A DNA stretch of 64,000 nucleotides from positions 1,115,031 to 1,179,030 of the forward strand of contig BPIR01000002.1 of assembly GCA_026004215.1 (NCBI GenBank), read 5' to 3'. This DNA is from Candidatus Binatia bacterium (GTDB lineage Bacteria; Desulfobacterota; Binatia; HRBIN30). Below the pieces are notes generated by a model that worked only from the letters and a program-made list of their open reading frames with translations, was not told where the DNA came from and did not search any database. Below are positions 1-9,447 of this stretch, one piece after another (position 1 is the stretch's first letter; each line of letters opens with the position of its first letter). The position numbers and the translations under genes were made by a program.

Positions 1-929
1 CATCGGTGGAAGCCGGCTCGGTGCTCGGCGACGTGTGCAACCTCGGTGCGGACAGTACCTTTTCCGTTGCTCAGTGGAGGTGGCTGCAGCAGCAACTCGA
101 CGTTTCGTACGACTGGCCGCGCCATGCCCCGGCCGACTCGGGATTGTGGGACTGCATTGTGCGCTTGCGGCGCAATTTTCGGTACGACGCCGACAGTGGG
201 ATCGGGCGGCTGGCGGAGGCAATTCGCTGGGGTGACCCAGATGCGGCGTGGCGGGCGTTGGAAAGCGGCGACCAAACCGTGGAGAGCGCTGCCCCACTGC
301 CTCCCTGGCGCTTGAGCGGCGCACTGGCCGAGTCGTGCCGCCGGCATTTTGCCCGCTATGTGCAGTCGCCGTCTGGCGCCGAGCGGCTGCGCGAGTTCGG
401 GGCTTTCCGGGTGCTGTGCGGGAATCGCACCGGCCCGAACGGGGTGCTCTTCGCGAACCGCGCCATCGAGCGAGAACTGGAAGATGCGCGGGTGCTCCGG
501 AACACCTCCGAGCGCTGGTACGACGGGAGGCCGGTATTGGTGACCGAAAACAACTATTGGGTGCGGTTGTTCAATGGCGATCTGGGAATCGTGATGGCGC
601 GGGACGGCCGCGCCCCGATCGTGGCGTTTCCCGGAGCCGAGCCGGGCAGTGTGCGCGAGTTCTCGCCCGGACGCTTGCCCGAGCACGAAACGGCCTTTGC
701 CATGACCATCCACAAGAGTCAGGGTAGCGAGTTCGACCGGGTGGAAGTCGTGCTGCCGCAGCGGGGGTCGCCGTTACTTTCGCGCGAACTGCTGTACACT
801 GCAGTGACCCGCGCCAAGCGATGGGTACGGGTCCATGCGGACCGCGCCACCTTCGAGCAGGCCGTGCGCCAGCGAGTCGAGCGTTCCTCCGGTTTGCGCG
901 ATGCGTTGTGGGGCGGCTCTTCGAGCTAA
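1..929 (+). CDS. recD: Exodeoxyribonuclease V alpha subunit (RecD), C-terminal part. The gene is 5'-truncated by the window edge.
   Basis: The C-terminal helicase motifs AFAMTIHKSQGSEFDRVEVVLP and LLYTAVTRAKRWVRV are typical of RecD. The ORF is open to the window start. Confidence 0.7.
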   Translation, partial: SVEAGSVLGDVCNLGADSTFSVAQWRWLQQQLDVSYDWPRHAPADSGLWDCIVRLRRNFRYDADSGIGRLAEAIRWGDPDAAWRALESGDQTVESAAPLPPWRLSGALAESCRRHFARYVQSPSGAERLREFGAFRVLCGNRTGPNGVLFANRAIERELEDARVLRNTSERWYDGRPVLVTENNYWVRLFNGDLGIVMARDGRAPIVAFPGAEPGSVREFSPGRLPEHETAFAMTIHKSQGSEFDRVEVVLPQRGSPLLSRELLYTAVTRAKRWVRVHADRATFEQAVRQRVERSSGLRDALWGGSSS

Positions 930-975
930 TCCCGGTTCGCTTTTCCCTGATTGGCGGTGTTGCTAGAGGGGCCGC

Positions 976-1944
976 GTGCCGTTGCTCGAAGTGCACGATC
1001 TGCGGGTGAGCTTTTTCACGTCCCGAGGCGAGGTGCGCGCGGTGGACGGCATCAGTTTCTCGATCGACGAGGGCGAAACCTTTGGTCTGGTGGGCGAATC
1101 GGGGTGCGGAAAAACGGTGACCGCGCTCAGTATCTTACGCTTGCTCGATCGCCACGGCCGTATCGGCAATGGGGAGATTGTCTTTGCCGGCCGGGACTTG
1201 TTGCGGCTTTCTGAAGACGAGATGCGGGCGGTACGGGGCGACCAAATCGCCATGATTTTCCAGGAGCCGATGACTGCGCTCAACCCGGTGTTTACCGTGG
1301 GGTTCCAAATTGGCGAGGTCTTGGAAATTCATCGTGGCGCGAGCCGCAAGGAGGCACGCGCAAAGGCCATCGAGCTGTTGCGTTTGGTGGACATTCCCGA
1401 GCCGGAGCGGCGCGTGGATCAGTATCCGCATCAGCTCAGTGGCGGCATGCGCCAGCGCGTAATGATCGCGATGGCGCTGGCGTGCCGGCCGCGTTTGCTG
1501 ATTGCCGACGAGCCGACCACGGCCCTCGACGTGACCATTCAAGCGCAAATCCTCGACTTGCTCGGGCACCTACAGGAGCAATTTGGGATGGCGGTTTTGT
1601 TCGTCACGCACGATCTCGGAATTGTCGCCGAGCGAGCGCGGCGGGTGGCGGTGATGTATGCCGGACGGATCGTGGAACAGGCGCCGACCGAGGAGTTGTT
1701 CCGTCGTCCTTTGCACCCGTATACACGCGGGTTGTTGCGCTCGATTCCGCGGCTCGGAGCACGAGGCCGGCGGCTGGAAGCGATTCCTGGCACAGTCCCG
1801 AATCCCTTGGCGATGCCATCGGGTTGCCGTTTTCGCGATCGCTGTGCGTATGCCGTGGCCCGTTGCAGCGAGACCGACCCGTTGCTGGCGGCGGTGAACG
1901 AGTCGCACCGCGTGGCCTGCATTCGCGCGGAGGAATTCCTGTGA
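976..1944 (+). CDS. Oligopeptide/dipeptide-type ABC transporter ATP-binding protein (OppD/DppD-like).
   Basis: A Walker A motif (GESGCGKT) and an LSGGMRQRV signature are present. The C-terminal oligopeptide-ATPase extension reads HPYTRGLL...CRFRDRC. The GTG start has an upstream GA-rich RBS. Confidence 0.8.
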   Translation: MPLLEVHDLRVSFFTSRGEVRAVDGISFSIDEGETFGLVGESGCGKTVTALSILRLLDRHGRIGNGEIVFAGRDLLRLSEDEMRAVRGDQIAMIFQEPMTALNPVFTVGFQIGEVLEIHRGASRKEARAKAIELLRLVDIPEPERRVDQYPHQLSGGMRQRVMIAMALACRPRLLIADEPTTALDVTIQAQILDLLGHLQEQFGMAVLFVTHDLGIVAERARRVAVMYAGRIVEQAPTEELFRRPLHPYTRGLLRSIPRLGARGRRLEAIPGTVPNPLAMPSGCRFRDRCAYAVARCSETDPLLAAVNESHRVACIRAEEFL

Positions 1945-2933
1945 TGCCGGCGCAAGCCGGTGCGCCGCCCACGCCTTTGGTCGAGGCGCGCGGATTGGTG
2001 AAGCATTTCCCAGTCCGGCGCGTCTGGGGCCGGCCGCGCGAGTTCGTGCGCGCGGTGGATGGCGTGGATTTGTTCGTCCGCCCCGGAGAAACTCTCGGCG
2101 TCGCCGGCGAGTCGGGTTGCGGAAAGTCCACACTGGGGCGGCTGCTCTTGCGGCTGTTGGAACCGACGGCGGGGGAAGTGCGCTTTCAGGGCGAAGACCT
2201 TCTGGCATTGCGCGGCCAGGAGTTGCGCCGCCGGCGCCGCTACATGCAAATTGTATTTCAAGACCCGTACGGTTCGCTCAACCCGCGCATGCGTGTGGGC
2301 GACATCGTGGGCGAAGGCTTGGACATTCACGGCTTGGCCAAGGGCCGGGAGCGCAAAGAGCGCGTGCTGGCGCTGCTGCAGCGGGTCGGGCTGTCGCCCG
2401 AAGCCTACGATCGCTACCCGCACGAATTCAGTGGCGGGCAGCGCCAGCGCATTGGTATCGCCCGGGCCTTAGCGGTGGAGCCCCGTTTCATTGTTGCCGA
2501 CGAGCCCGTATCGGCGCTGGACGTTTCGATTCAGGCGCAGATCGTGAATTTGTTGCAGGACCTGCAAGAAGAGCGCGGCCTGGCATACCTATTCATCACC
2601 CACGACTTGCGGCTGGTCGAACACATCAGCCATCGCGTTGCGATCATGTACCTGGGGCAGATCGTGGAACTGGCGGATGCGGAAGAGCTGTACCAAAACC
2701 CTCGCCATCCCTATACGCGAGCCCTGCTGTCTGCGATTCCCGAGCCCGATCCGGAACGGCGCCGCGAGCGCATCATCCTTCCGGGCGACGTACCGAGCCC
2801 CGTGAATCCACCCTCCGGTTGCCGCTTTCATCCGCGCTGCCCCTTTGCCGAGCCGCGGTGCCGGACCGAGGCCCCGCCGTTGCTCGCCAACGCGCGCGGC
2901 CATGCCGTGGCATGCCACGTGTTCCCCGCATAA
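1944..2933 (+). CDS. Oligopeptide/dipeptide-type ABC transporter ATP-binding protein (OppF/DppF-like).
   Basis: The ATG overlaps the upstream stop (TGATG). Motifs [17 protein letters not shown] and HPYTRALL...CRFHPRC are present. The 5' part of the long 1482..2933 ORF is an overlap artefact. Confidence 0.8.
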   Translation: MPAQAGAPPTPLVEARGLVKHFPVRRVWGRPREFVRAVDGVDLFVRPGETLGVAGESGCGKSTLGRLLLRLLEPTAGEVRFQGEDLLALRGQELRRRRRYMQIVFQDPYGSLNPRMRVGDIVGEGLDIHGLAKGRERKERVLALLQRVGLSPEAYDRYPHEFSGGQRQRIGIARALAVEPRFIVADEPVSALDVSIQAQIVNLLQDLQEERGLAYLFITHDLRLVEHISHRVAIMYLGQIVELADAEELYQNPRHPYTRALLSAIPEPDPERRRERIILPGDVPSPVNPPSGCRFHPRCPFAEPRCRTEAPPLLANARGHAVACHVFPA

Positions 2934-3171
2934 ATCGTTCGGACCTTCGATCTTCGTTGTGCCGGCTGCCGGGCGAGGGGTATCTGTGTCGCGTGCCGAT
3001 GTGTGTGGCGGGGGCCCGGGCGGTGGGGGATGTTGCGTTGTGTCGCCCGCAGGAGGAGGCACCGGGTTGAAAGCAACGGACGTGGGGTGATCGGCCGGGC
3101 GCGAGGAATCGAGCGCGGTTGTTTGCACCACGGAAAAAGAGTGGGTAAGAGCGAACGGAGAGGAAACGGTT

Positions 3172-3612
3172 GTGGCATTTTGGAACCGCGAGAACGAGGA
3201 GGCAAAAGCACCACAAACCACGCCGAGCGTGCCGGATGGGAAGGAAGCGGGCAGCTCACAGGCGGCCAGCGGCCTGGTGGCGCATCAGCCGGCAGTTCGC
3301 CAGCTCCTCGGGCGTGAGACCACGGTAACCGGCAAACTCAGTTTCAACGCGCCGACCCGGATCGATGGGGTGCTCAACGGCGAGGTCAAAGCGAGCGATC
3401 TGCTGGTTATTGGCGAGGAGGGAAAAGTGGACGGGGCGGTGCGCGCCCGCCAGCTTCTTGTGCTGGGAGAAGTCCGCGGTGAGGTGTTTGTCGAAGGTCG
3501 GGCGGAAATCGGCGCCAGTGGGCGATTGTTCGGCTCGATCTGCAGCAAGGATCTCGTGGTGCAGGCCGGAGCCGTGTTGGAAGGCGACTGCAAGATTGGG
3601 CAAGCGGGTTGA
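3172..3612 (+). CDS. Bactofilin family cytoskeletal protein (DUF583/CcmA-like).
   Basis: Repetitive beta-helix-type GxV/GxI motifs (VIGEEGKVDGAVRARQLLVLGEVRGEVFVEGRAEIGASGRLFGSI) are present. The GTG start follows a GGAGAGGAAACGG RBS. Confidence 0.7.
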   Translation: MAFWNRENEEAKAPQTTPSVPDGKEAGSSQAASGLVAHQPAVRQLLGRETTVTGKLSFNAPTRIDGVLNGEVKASDLLVIGEEGKVDGAVRARQLLVLGEVRGEVFVEGRAEIGASGRLFGSICSKDLVVQAGAVLEGDCKIGQAG

Positions 3613-3684
3613 CCGATCGCGACGCGCTGCGGGCGGCTCGAACCGTTCTCGCGTGATCGAGCCCCGTGATATGGAGGGCGCGCC

Positions 3685-4389
3685 ATGCGGACGCGAGAGC
3701 TGCGAATTCCCTTGAGGGAACTGGGCGAGGTTGGAGCGACCTTGGCCATGCCGGCAGGTTTGCGCTTTCCGTACGGGGTGCTCCTGGCGCATGGCGCGGG
3801 GAACGACCGCTTCGCCCCGCTGTTAGTCCATGTGCAACAAGGGCTCGCCCGCCACGGCGTGCCGTGCGGAACGTTTAACTTCCCCTATAAAGAGCGCAGC
3901 GCACGCCTGCCCGACCCATTTCCCGTGCTGATGGAAACGTACCGACAAGTGCTGCGTTATCTCCGCGCGCGGATGGCGCGGGCTGTGGGCGCGTGGGTGA
4001 TTGGGGGCAAGTCGCTGGGCGGGCGAGTCGCTTCTCATTTAGCGGCTGAGGGTGAGGAGGTCCGGGGGCTGGTGTTTTTAGGCTATCCTCTGCATCCCGC
4101 CTCGAACCCGGAGCGGCTCAGGGTCGAACATTTGCCGCGGATCCGGGTGCCGATGTTGTTCGTGCAGGGCACGCGCGATGCTTTGTGCGATCTGCAAATT
4201 TTGGGCAACGTGCTGCTGCGCCTCGCCCACGATTACGGCTGCCGAGCGGAGCTGGCGACGATTGACGGCGGCGACCATTCCTTCGTCCTGCCCCGCTCGC
4301 TTGGCCACCAGCAGGCAAATGTGTACGAGCAAATTGTTCAGCGCATTCATGGATGGTTGGAAAGCCTCGCCGAGGGTCCCCGTTCGTGA
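3685..4389 (+). CDS. Alpha/beta-hydrolase fold protein (predicted dienelactone-hydrolase/Tex30-like esterase).
   Basis: A nucleophile elbow GGKSLGG and downstream Asp/His residues (DGGDHSF) are present. A GGAGGG RBS lies 7 nt upstream of the ATG. Confidence 0.6.
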   Translation: MRTRELRIPLRELGEVGATLAMPAGLRFPYGVLLAHGAGNDRFAPLLVHVQQGLARHGVPCGTFNFPYKERSARLPDPFPVLMETYRQVLRYLRARMARAVGAWVIGGKSLGGRVASHLAAEGEEVRGLVFLGYPLHPASNPERLRVEHLPRIRVPMLFVQGTRDALCDLQILGNVLLRLAHDYGCRAELATIDGGDHSFVLPRSLGHQQANVYEQIVQRIHGWLESLAEGPRS

Positions 4390-4414
4390 GCATTGTCCAT
4401 ACTAGGAGGACGCC

Positions 4415-4729
4415 ATGACCGATGAAAAAAAACCCGCGCCGGTAGCCGAACAAATTCACATCCAGATTGACCCGGAACACGCCAGTGGCGTGTATTCCAA
4501 CCTGATGATGATCAGCCACCGGAAGGAGGAATTCATTTTGGATTTCCTCTTCGTGCAACCGCAGCGCACGCCGCAGGGGCAAATGGTGGCGAACTTGCGG
4601 GCGCGGGTCATTACCTCGCCGGAGCATATGAAGCGGATTCTCAAGGCGATCGAAGAAAACCTGGCACGTTACGAAGCCGCCTACGGCCCCATTCAAGCGG
4701 CTACGGACATTCCCCGGGTCACGCACTAG
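4415..4729 (+). CDS. DUF3467 domain protein.
   Basis: The small ORF has an AGGAGGA RBS. The sequence MMISHRKEEFILDF...PEHMKRIL is typical of DUF3467. Its 3' end overlaps the convergent FGGY kinase by 11 bp. Confidence 0.5.
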   Translation: MTDEKKPAPVAEQIHIQIDPEHASGVYSNLMMISHRKEEFILDFLFVQPQRTPQGQMVANLRARVITSPEHMKRILKAIEENLARYEAAYGPIQAATDIPRVTH

Positions 4730-6326
4730 CACCAGACTCTGACCGCGCGGAGCGGCGGTTGAGTCGCCGGTACACCGGGCCGAGCCGGCGGTAAAGGTCG
4801 AGAAATTCGCCGAAGCGCTCGTCGTAAAGCTGGCGGGTGCTGCGGTCGGGCGTGAACACGCGCTCGATGGCGATGCGCTGCTCCATTCGTTCGGCGTCGA
4901 GTACGCCCAACGTTGCAAACGCGGCGAAGGCGGCTCCGACGGCATTTGCGGCCCGGGGGTGAGCCGGACGCAAAATGCGGCAATTCAGGATGTCCGCGAA
5001 GATTTGGCACCACAAGTCCGATACCGCCGCTCCACCAATGAAACGCAAATCGGGAAAGGGCCGGCCCACGAACTTTTCCACGTGCACCCGCAGCCAGCGC
5101 ACGTTGAAGGCCACGCCCTCCATGACCGCGCGAACGTAGTGGGCGCGAGTGGTGCGGTGGCTTTGGTTGACAAAAGCACTGCGCGTCCAAGGGTCGTCCC
5201 GAGGGGCAAGGACGCCGTTGATCCACGGAGTGAACAAAAGACCATCGCTGCCGGGCGCCACCGAAGCGGCCAGGGAACCCAGATATGCATAAGGGTCTTC
5301 CAGCGGCGCGACGCTCGGGTCGTTGCTCGGCAGAAGCACGTTATCCTTGAGAAACTCGAGGCAACGCCCGGCCATGCCTTGTTCCGCAGCGACAACGTAT
5401 CGCCCGGCGAGAGCCGCGGGCATGGTGGTGAGCATGTGCCGCAAATCGGAACGCTTCCATGGCACATGGCAGCTCAACCACGCGGTGGTGCCGACGTAAA
5501 AGTAGCCGACGAAGTCGCGAACCGATCCGGCGCCAATCGCGGCAGAGTGGCCGTCGCTCGAACCCATGACCACGACGGTGTCCGGCCGTAGCCCTAGTTC
5601 CTCGGCGACTTCCGGCCGCAGCGGCCCGAGGACGGAATTCACCGGTTTGAGCTCGGGGAGTTTCTCCGGCTCGATCCCGGCCCAGGCGAGCAGCCGCGGA
5701 TGGTAGTAAATGCGGTGGGGATTGCGATTGTCGGTGAGCCAATAGGGAAACATGGTTCCGTACGAGGCGGCAATGCGCCCGGTGAGCCGGGCGTTGAGGT
5801 AGTCCATCGGCTCGAGGAATTTGTACGCTGCGCGATACAGCTCGGGCTGTTCGTTCTTGAGGAAGAGCACATGCCCCAAGCCATCCACCCCGGAGCGCGA
5901 GGGGGCGCCACCGGTCAATCGGATCCATGTGAACAACTTGTATGCCCCGTAGCCGGACACGTTGGGCCAACCGCGCACGATGGCGCGCACATAGGGGGCA
6001 CCTCGGGTGTCCATCCAGGAAATGGCCGGACCCAGCGGGTTGCCGTAACGATCCACCGGCACGGTGACTGCCCATTGAGTGGTACAGGCCACGGCCACGA
6101 TTTTTTCCCGCAGCGCAGGTTGCTCGGCAAGCGTCGCCCGCGCAGCGCCGGTCACCTGTTTCCACCACTCTTCGGGGTCTTGCTCCGCTCCTCCGCGCGG
6201 AAGCAAGCGGGTGGAGATCGGCAGAGTGGCCGAGCTCGCGACCTCGCCACGCGAGGAAACCAACGCCGCTTTCACTGCGCTCGTGCCCATGTCAATGGCC
6301 AGCACCCATGGGTCGCGGTCCTTCAC
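4719..6326 (-). CDS. FGGY-family carbohydrate kinase (xylulokinase/glycerol-kinase-like).
   Basis: The N-terminal sequence LAIDMGTSAVKAALV and the FGGY N- and C-domains are present. A GTG start at 6326 follows a GGAGGA RBS. The longer 615-aa ORF extension lacks an RBS. Confidence 0.75.
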   Translation of the reverse strand: MKDRDPWVLAIDMGTSAVKAALVSSRGEVASSATLPISTRLLPRGGAEQDPEEWWKQVTGAARATLAEQPALREKIVAVACTTQWAVTVPVDRYGNPLGPAISWMDTRGAPYVRAIVRGWPNVSGYGAYKLFTWIRLTGGAPSRSGVDGLGHVLFLKNEQPELYRAAYKFLEPMDYLNARLTGRIAASYGTMFPYWLTDNRNPHRIYYHPRLLAWAGIEPEKLPELKPVNSVLGPLRPEVAEELGLRPDTVVVMGSSDGHSAAIGAGSVRDFVGYFYVGTTAWLSCHVPWKRSDLRHMLTTMPAALAGRYVVAAEQGMAGRCLEFLKDNVLLPSNDPSVAPLEDPYAYLGSLAASVAPGSDGLLFTPWINGVLAPRDDPWTRSAFVNQSHRTTRAHYVRAVMEGVAFNVRWLRVHVEKFVGRPFPDLRFIGGAAVSDLWCQIFADILNCRILRPAHPRAANAVGAAFAAFATLGVLDAERMEQRIAIERVFTPDRSTRQLYDERFGEFLDLYRRLGPVYRRLNRRSARSESGASA

Positions 6327-6623
6327 TGCGTTCTCCTCCACGCCTGAGTTTTCACGAAAGTGCGCGCACGCTAGCGCGGTCTGGCGTGGAAATGTAGCTA
6401 GGCCGCAACCTGGGAATGCGGCTGGGTCGGCGGCTCCCAATAAAGGATGAACGCTGCGCGCGCTTGCCCCGGCAGTCGTGAGCGCCACACTTTGTTCCAC
6501 CGTTTGCTGCCCGCCACATCGTCCCACCCCCGCCCTGCGGCCTCCAGGCCGCTTGCGATTCGCCACTCGCCACCGAGCTGTCGCATGCCTGGCTTTGGGC
6601 GGCGCCGCCAGGGAACCAAGCCC

Positions 6624-7799
6624 TTACCGTGTCAGGTGCTCCGCTGCCGCCAGCGCGGCCTGATAGACCAGTTTCAAAGGCACGCCGCTCCGCGTTGCTG
6701 CCGCTTTACAGTCCTCGTACTCCGGAGAGACATTCCAATGGCCGTCCGGCGCGCGGGCGAGCTTCACCCGCACCTCTCCATACGGCGTCGGCACGCTGCG
6801 CAGCTCGCGAACGAGGGTATGGCGGCGCACCGGGTACACGCGCACACCGAGCGCGGTGGTTTCGCTGAGCATGACGTGGCTCACTGCAGTTTCCGCCGCG
6901 GCGTCCGCTAGAGCGTGCAAAACGGTGCCGGGGCGGTTTTTTTTCATTTGCGCGGGGCTCAGCCAAACATCGCGCGCCCCGGCGGCGAACAGCCGTTCGA
7001 ACACCCACTCGAACCACTCCGCCGGCATGTCATCGAGATTGGTTTCCACAACGAACAGTTCGTCGCCGCTCTCTTCGATTCTTGGTTCCGCCAAGACCAG
7101 CCGGAGCACGTTGGGGCGGTCTTTCCAATCGTGATCTCCGGCGCCGTACCCTACCCCGCACACTGTGAGCGGAGGTGGCGCACCAGGCTTGCATACCGTG
7201 GCAACGATGGCCGCGCCGGTGGGAGTCACCAGCTCCCCTTCGCCGGCACCCAGTTGCACCGGGAAACCGCGAAGCAGTTCGAGGGTCGCGGGACCCGGCA
7301 CGGGCAGACTCCCGTGTTGCGCATGCACGAGCCCTTTGCCGAGCGCGAGCGTGCTCGCGTAACCTGTTTCGATTTGAAAATGATGGAGGCCGACCGCAGT
7401 GGCCACGATGTCCACGATTGAATCCACTGCGCCGACCTCGTGAAAGGTTACATCCTCAGGAGCCACCCCGTGCACGCGCCCTTCGGCAACGGCGAGGCGA
7501 CGGAAGATTTCGATCGCCTTGCGCTGAATGGCAGGCTCGATCTTCGCGCTTTCCAACATGGCGCGGATATCGGCGAAGCGGCGGTGCCCGTGCGGGGCGT
7601 GTGCGGGAATGCGCACGGTAAACTTGCATGCGCGGATTCCGTGGATCATCCGGGGAAGGGCAGCGAGTTCGTATTCTCCCAGCGGAAGCTCGTCCAGCAC
7701 TTTGCGCACGCTTTCGAGCGGAAGGCCGAGCGAGAGCAGGGCACCGACCGTCATATCCCCGCTGACGCCACCCACGGCATCGAAATAAAGCACCCGCAT
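6624..7799 (-). CDS. larC: LarC-family (DUF111) nickel-pincer cofactor nickel insertase-like protein.
   Basis: The N-terminal sequence MRVLYFDAVGGVSGDMTVGALLSLG is characteristic of the TIGR00299/LarC family. The start is placed at the internal ATG matching family N-termini. Confidence 0.65.
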   Translation of the reverse strand: MRVLYFDAVGGVSGDMTVGALLSLGLPLESVRKVLDELPLGEYELAALPRMIHGIRACKFTVRIPAHAPHGHRRFADIRAMLESAKIEPAIQRKAIEIFRRLAVAEGRVHGVAPEDVTFHEVGAVDSIVDIVATAVGLHHFQIETGYASTLALGKGLVHAQHGSLPVPGPATLELLRGFPVQLGAGEGELVTPTGAAIVATVCKPGAPPPLTVCGVGYGAGDHDWKDRPNVLRLVLAEPRIEESGDELFVVETNLDDMPAEWFEWVFERLFAAGARDVWLSPAQMKKNRPGTVLHALADAAAETAVSHVMLSETTALGVRVYPVRRHTLVRELRSVPTPYGEVRVKLARAPDGHWNVSPEYEDCKAAATRSGVPLKLVYQAALAAAEHLTR

Positions 7800-8244
7800 A
7801 GCTCGACTGGTCTGCTTGGCACGCCAGAGCCCCGGGCACAAGCGGCGCAAGCGATCCATCTCGCCGGAGCCGGATCCCCCCGGGCGGGCCGGCACCTGCC
7901 CGGTCGCGAACAATTTCAACTACGCGCGAGAGCGGCTGCGCCGTGCGTCGTGCACGGGCCGGGCAAGCTTATAGCCTGCCGCGGCAGGGTGAGATGGGCC
8001 AAGGTGTTGCATGGCCGTGCCGCCGCGACGGGCTGCGCTGCTTGCGCCACCACGGCCGGCCTTGCGCCATGGCGCAATCCATCCCTGGAAGTTCTCCCTG
8101 CGAATCGGCAACGGACTGGCACGATTTGCCTCGAGGCCGGGCACGGATAGGGGTCGCTTCTGCGCGGCCTGCGGGCGGCCTTGCACAAGAATCGGCGCGT
8201 TGGACTTTCGTGATGCAGAGCAATCTGACAGAGGAAAGATCACG

Positions 8245-9372
8245 ATGGCTTGGTTGCTAGCGGGAGCGGCGCTTGCTTGGGTGGTGTACGCCGTGTTTGG
8301 GCGGCGCTGGCGCGTGGAGCCGCTTCTCGAGCGGGTGGCGCCGGGGAGTTACGGGCGAGTCGTGGCGGTCGTGCCCGCGCGCAACGAGGCCCAGGAGTTA
8401 CCGGCCACGCTGCCGTGCTTGTTCCGGCAAACTTACGAGGACTTTTCGATCGTCCTTGTAGACGATCACTCGACGGACGACACCGCTGCGATCGCCGCTC
8501 GTTTGGCCCTGGAATATGGGGCCAAGGCGCGGTTGCAGATCGTGCAGCCACCGCCGCTTCCCCCGGGATGGATGGGGAAGGTATGGGCACAAAAAGCGGG
8601 ATGCACGGAAGCCGCGCGTTTAGGTGCAGAGTGGATTTGGTTCACGGATGCGGACATTCGCCACGAGCCTGACGTGTTGGAGCGCCTCCTGTCCACCGCG
8701 ACGCGGCATGGCCGCGATTTTGTGTCCGTCATGGCGCGGCTGCGCACGGATACCTGGGCCGAGAAGCTGCTGATCCCCGCATTTACCTACTTTTTTGCGA
8801 TGCTTTACCCCTTTCATCGCATTGCGGACGACACCAAAAGCGACTCCGGTGCCGCCGGCGGATGTATGCTCGTTCGGCGCGAACTACTGGAGCGCGCCGG
8901 TGGGCTCGACGCGATTCGCGACGCGGTTATTGACGACGTCGCATTGGCCAGTGCGGCCAAACGCGTCGGCGGGCGTTTGTGGCTCGGCTACCATCCGGGC
9001 GTGCAGTCCACACGCGGCTACGGTTCGCTTCGCGCTGTTACCGATATGGTGGCGCGCAGCGCTTACACGCAACTGCACTACAACCCGCTGTTGCTCGTCG
9101 TCTGTGTGGTCGGGTTGTTTTTCGTCTTCCTGTGGCCATTCATGGCCCTTTGGCTGGCGCCGTTTCCTGCCAAGTGGTGGGCTGCCCTGGCCTACGCAGC
9201 CATGGTACGAACGTACCTGCCGCTCGTGCACTTTCTCGGCTGCGGTGCAACCTGGGCACTGGCCTTGCCCATGGCCGCAGCATTGTACCTGTGGATGACC
9301 GTGTTGTCGGCGTGGCGCTTTTACCGTGGCACGCGCACTCGTTGGAAAGGCCGGGAGTACAAGGCTTCCTGA
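8245..9372 (+). CDS. Family 2 glycosyltransferase, membrane-anchored.
   Basis: The GT-A fold sequence VVPARNE...FSIVLVDDHSTDDT...FTDADI is present. Hydrophobic N- and C-terminal segments indicate membrane anchoring. Confidence 0.65.
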   Translation: MAWLLAGAALAWVVYAVFGRRWRVEPLLERVAPGSYGRVVAVVPARNEAQELPATLPCLFRQTYEDFSIVLVDDHSTDDTAAIAARLALEYGAKARLQIVQPPPLPPGWMGKVWAQKAGCTEAARLGAEWIWFTDADIRHEPDVLERLLSTATRHGRDFVSVMARLRTDTWAEKLLIPAFTYFFAMLYPFHRIADDTKSDSGAAGGCMLVRRELLERAGGLDAIRDAVIDDVALASAAKRVGGRLWLGYHPGVQSTRGYGSLRAVTDMVARSAYTQLHYNPLLLVVCVVGLFFVFLWPFMALWLAPFPAKWWAALAYAAMVRTYLPLVHFLGCGATWALALPMAAALYLWMTVLSAWRFYRGTRTRWKGREYKAS

Positions 9373-9390
9373 GGTCGCCCGGGCCCAGCA

Positions 9391-9418
9391 TTGACTCAGA
9401 AAGGCGCTGCTTTTTAAT
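9391..9418 (+). promoter_or_regulatory. Sigma-70-like promoter candidate (TTGACT-N16-TTTAAT) in a short AT-rich island upstream of the acyl-CoA dehydrogenase pair.
   Basis: A -35/-10-like hexamer pair was read directly from the sequence. It is followed by GGGAG 7 nt before the ATG at 9448. Confidence 0.3.
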
Positions 9419-9447
9419 AGCGATAATTTGCATATTGGGAGTGCCGG

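Noticed and set aside
1482-2933. 483-aa ORF overlapping the 3' half of oppD.
   Set aside because: Its first 154 codons overlap oppD in another frame. The true start is the RBS-backed ATG at 1944.
8100-8130. ACTGGCACGATTTGCC, considered as a sigma-54 promoter in the larC/GT2 divergent region.
   Set aside because: The GG-to-GC spacing is 8 nt, not 10, so it does not fit the -24/-12 geometry.
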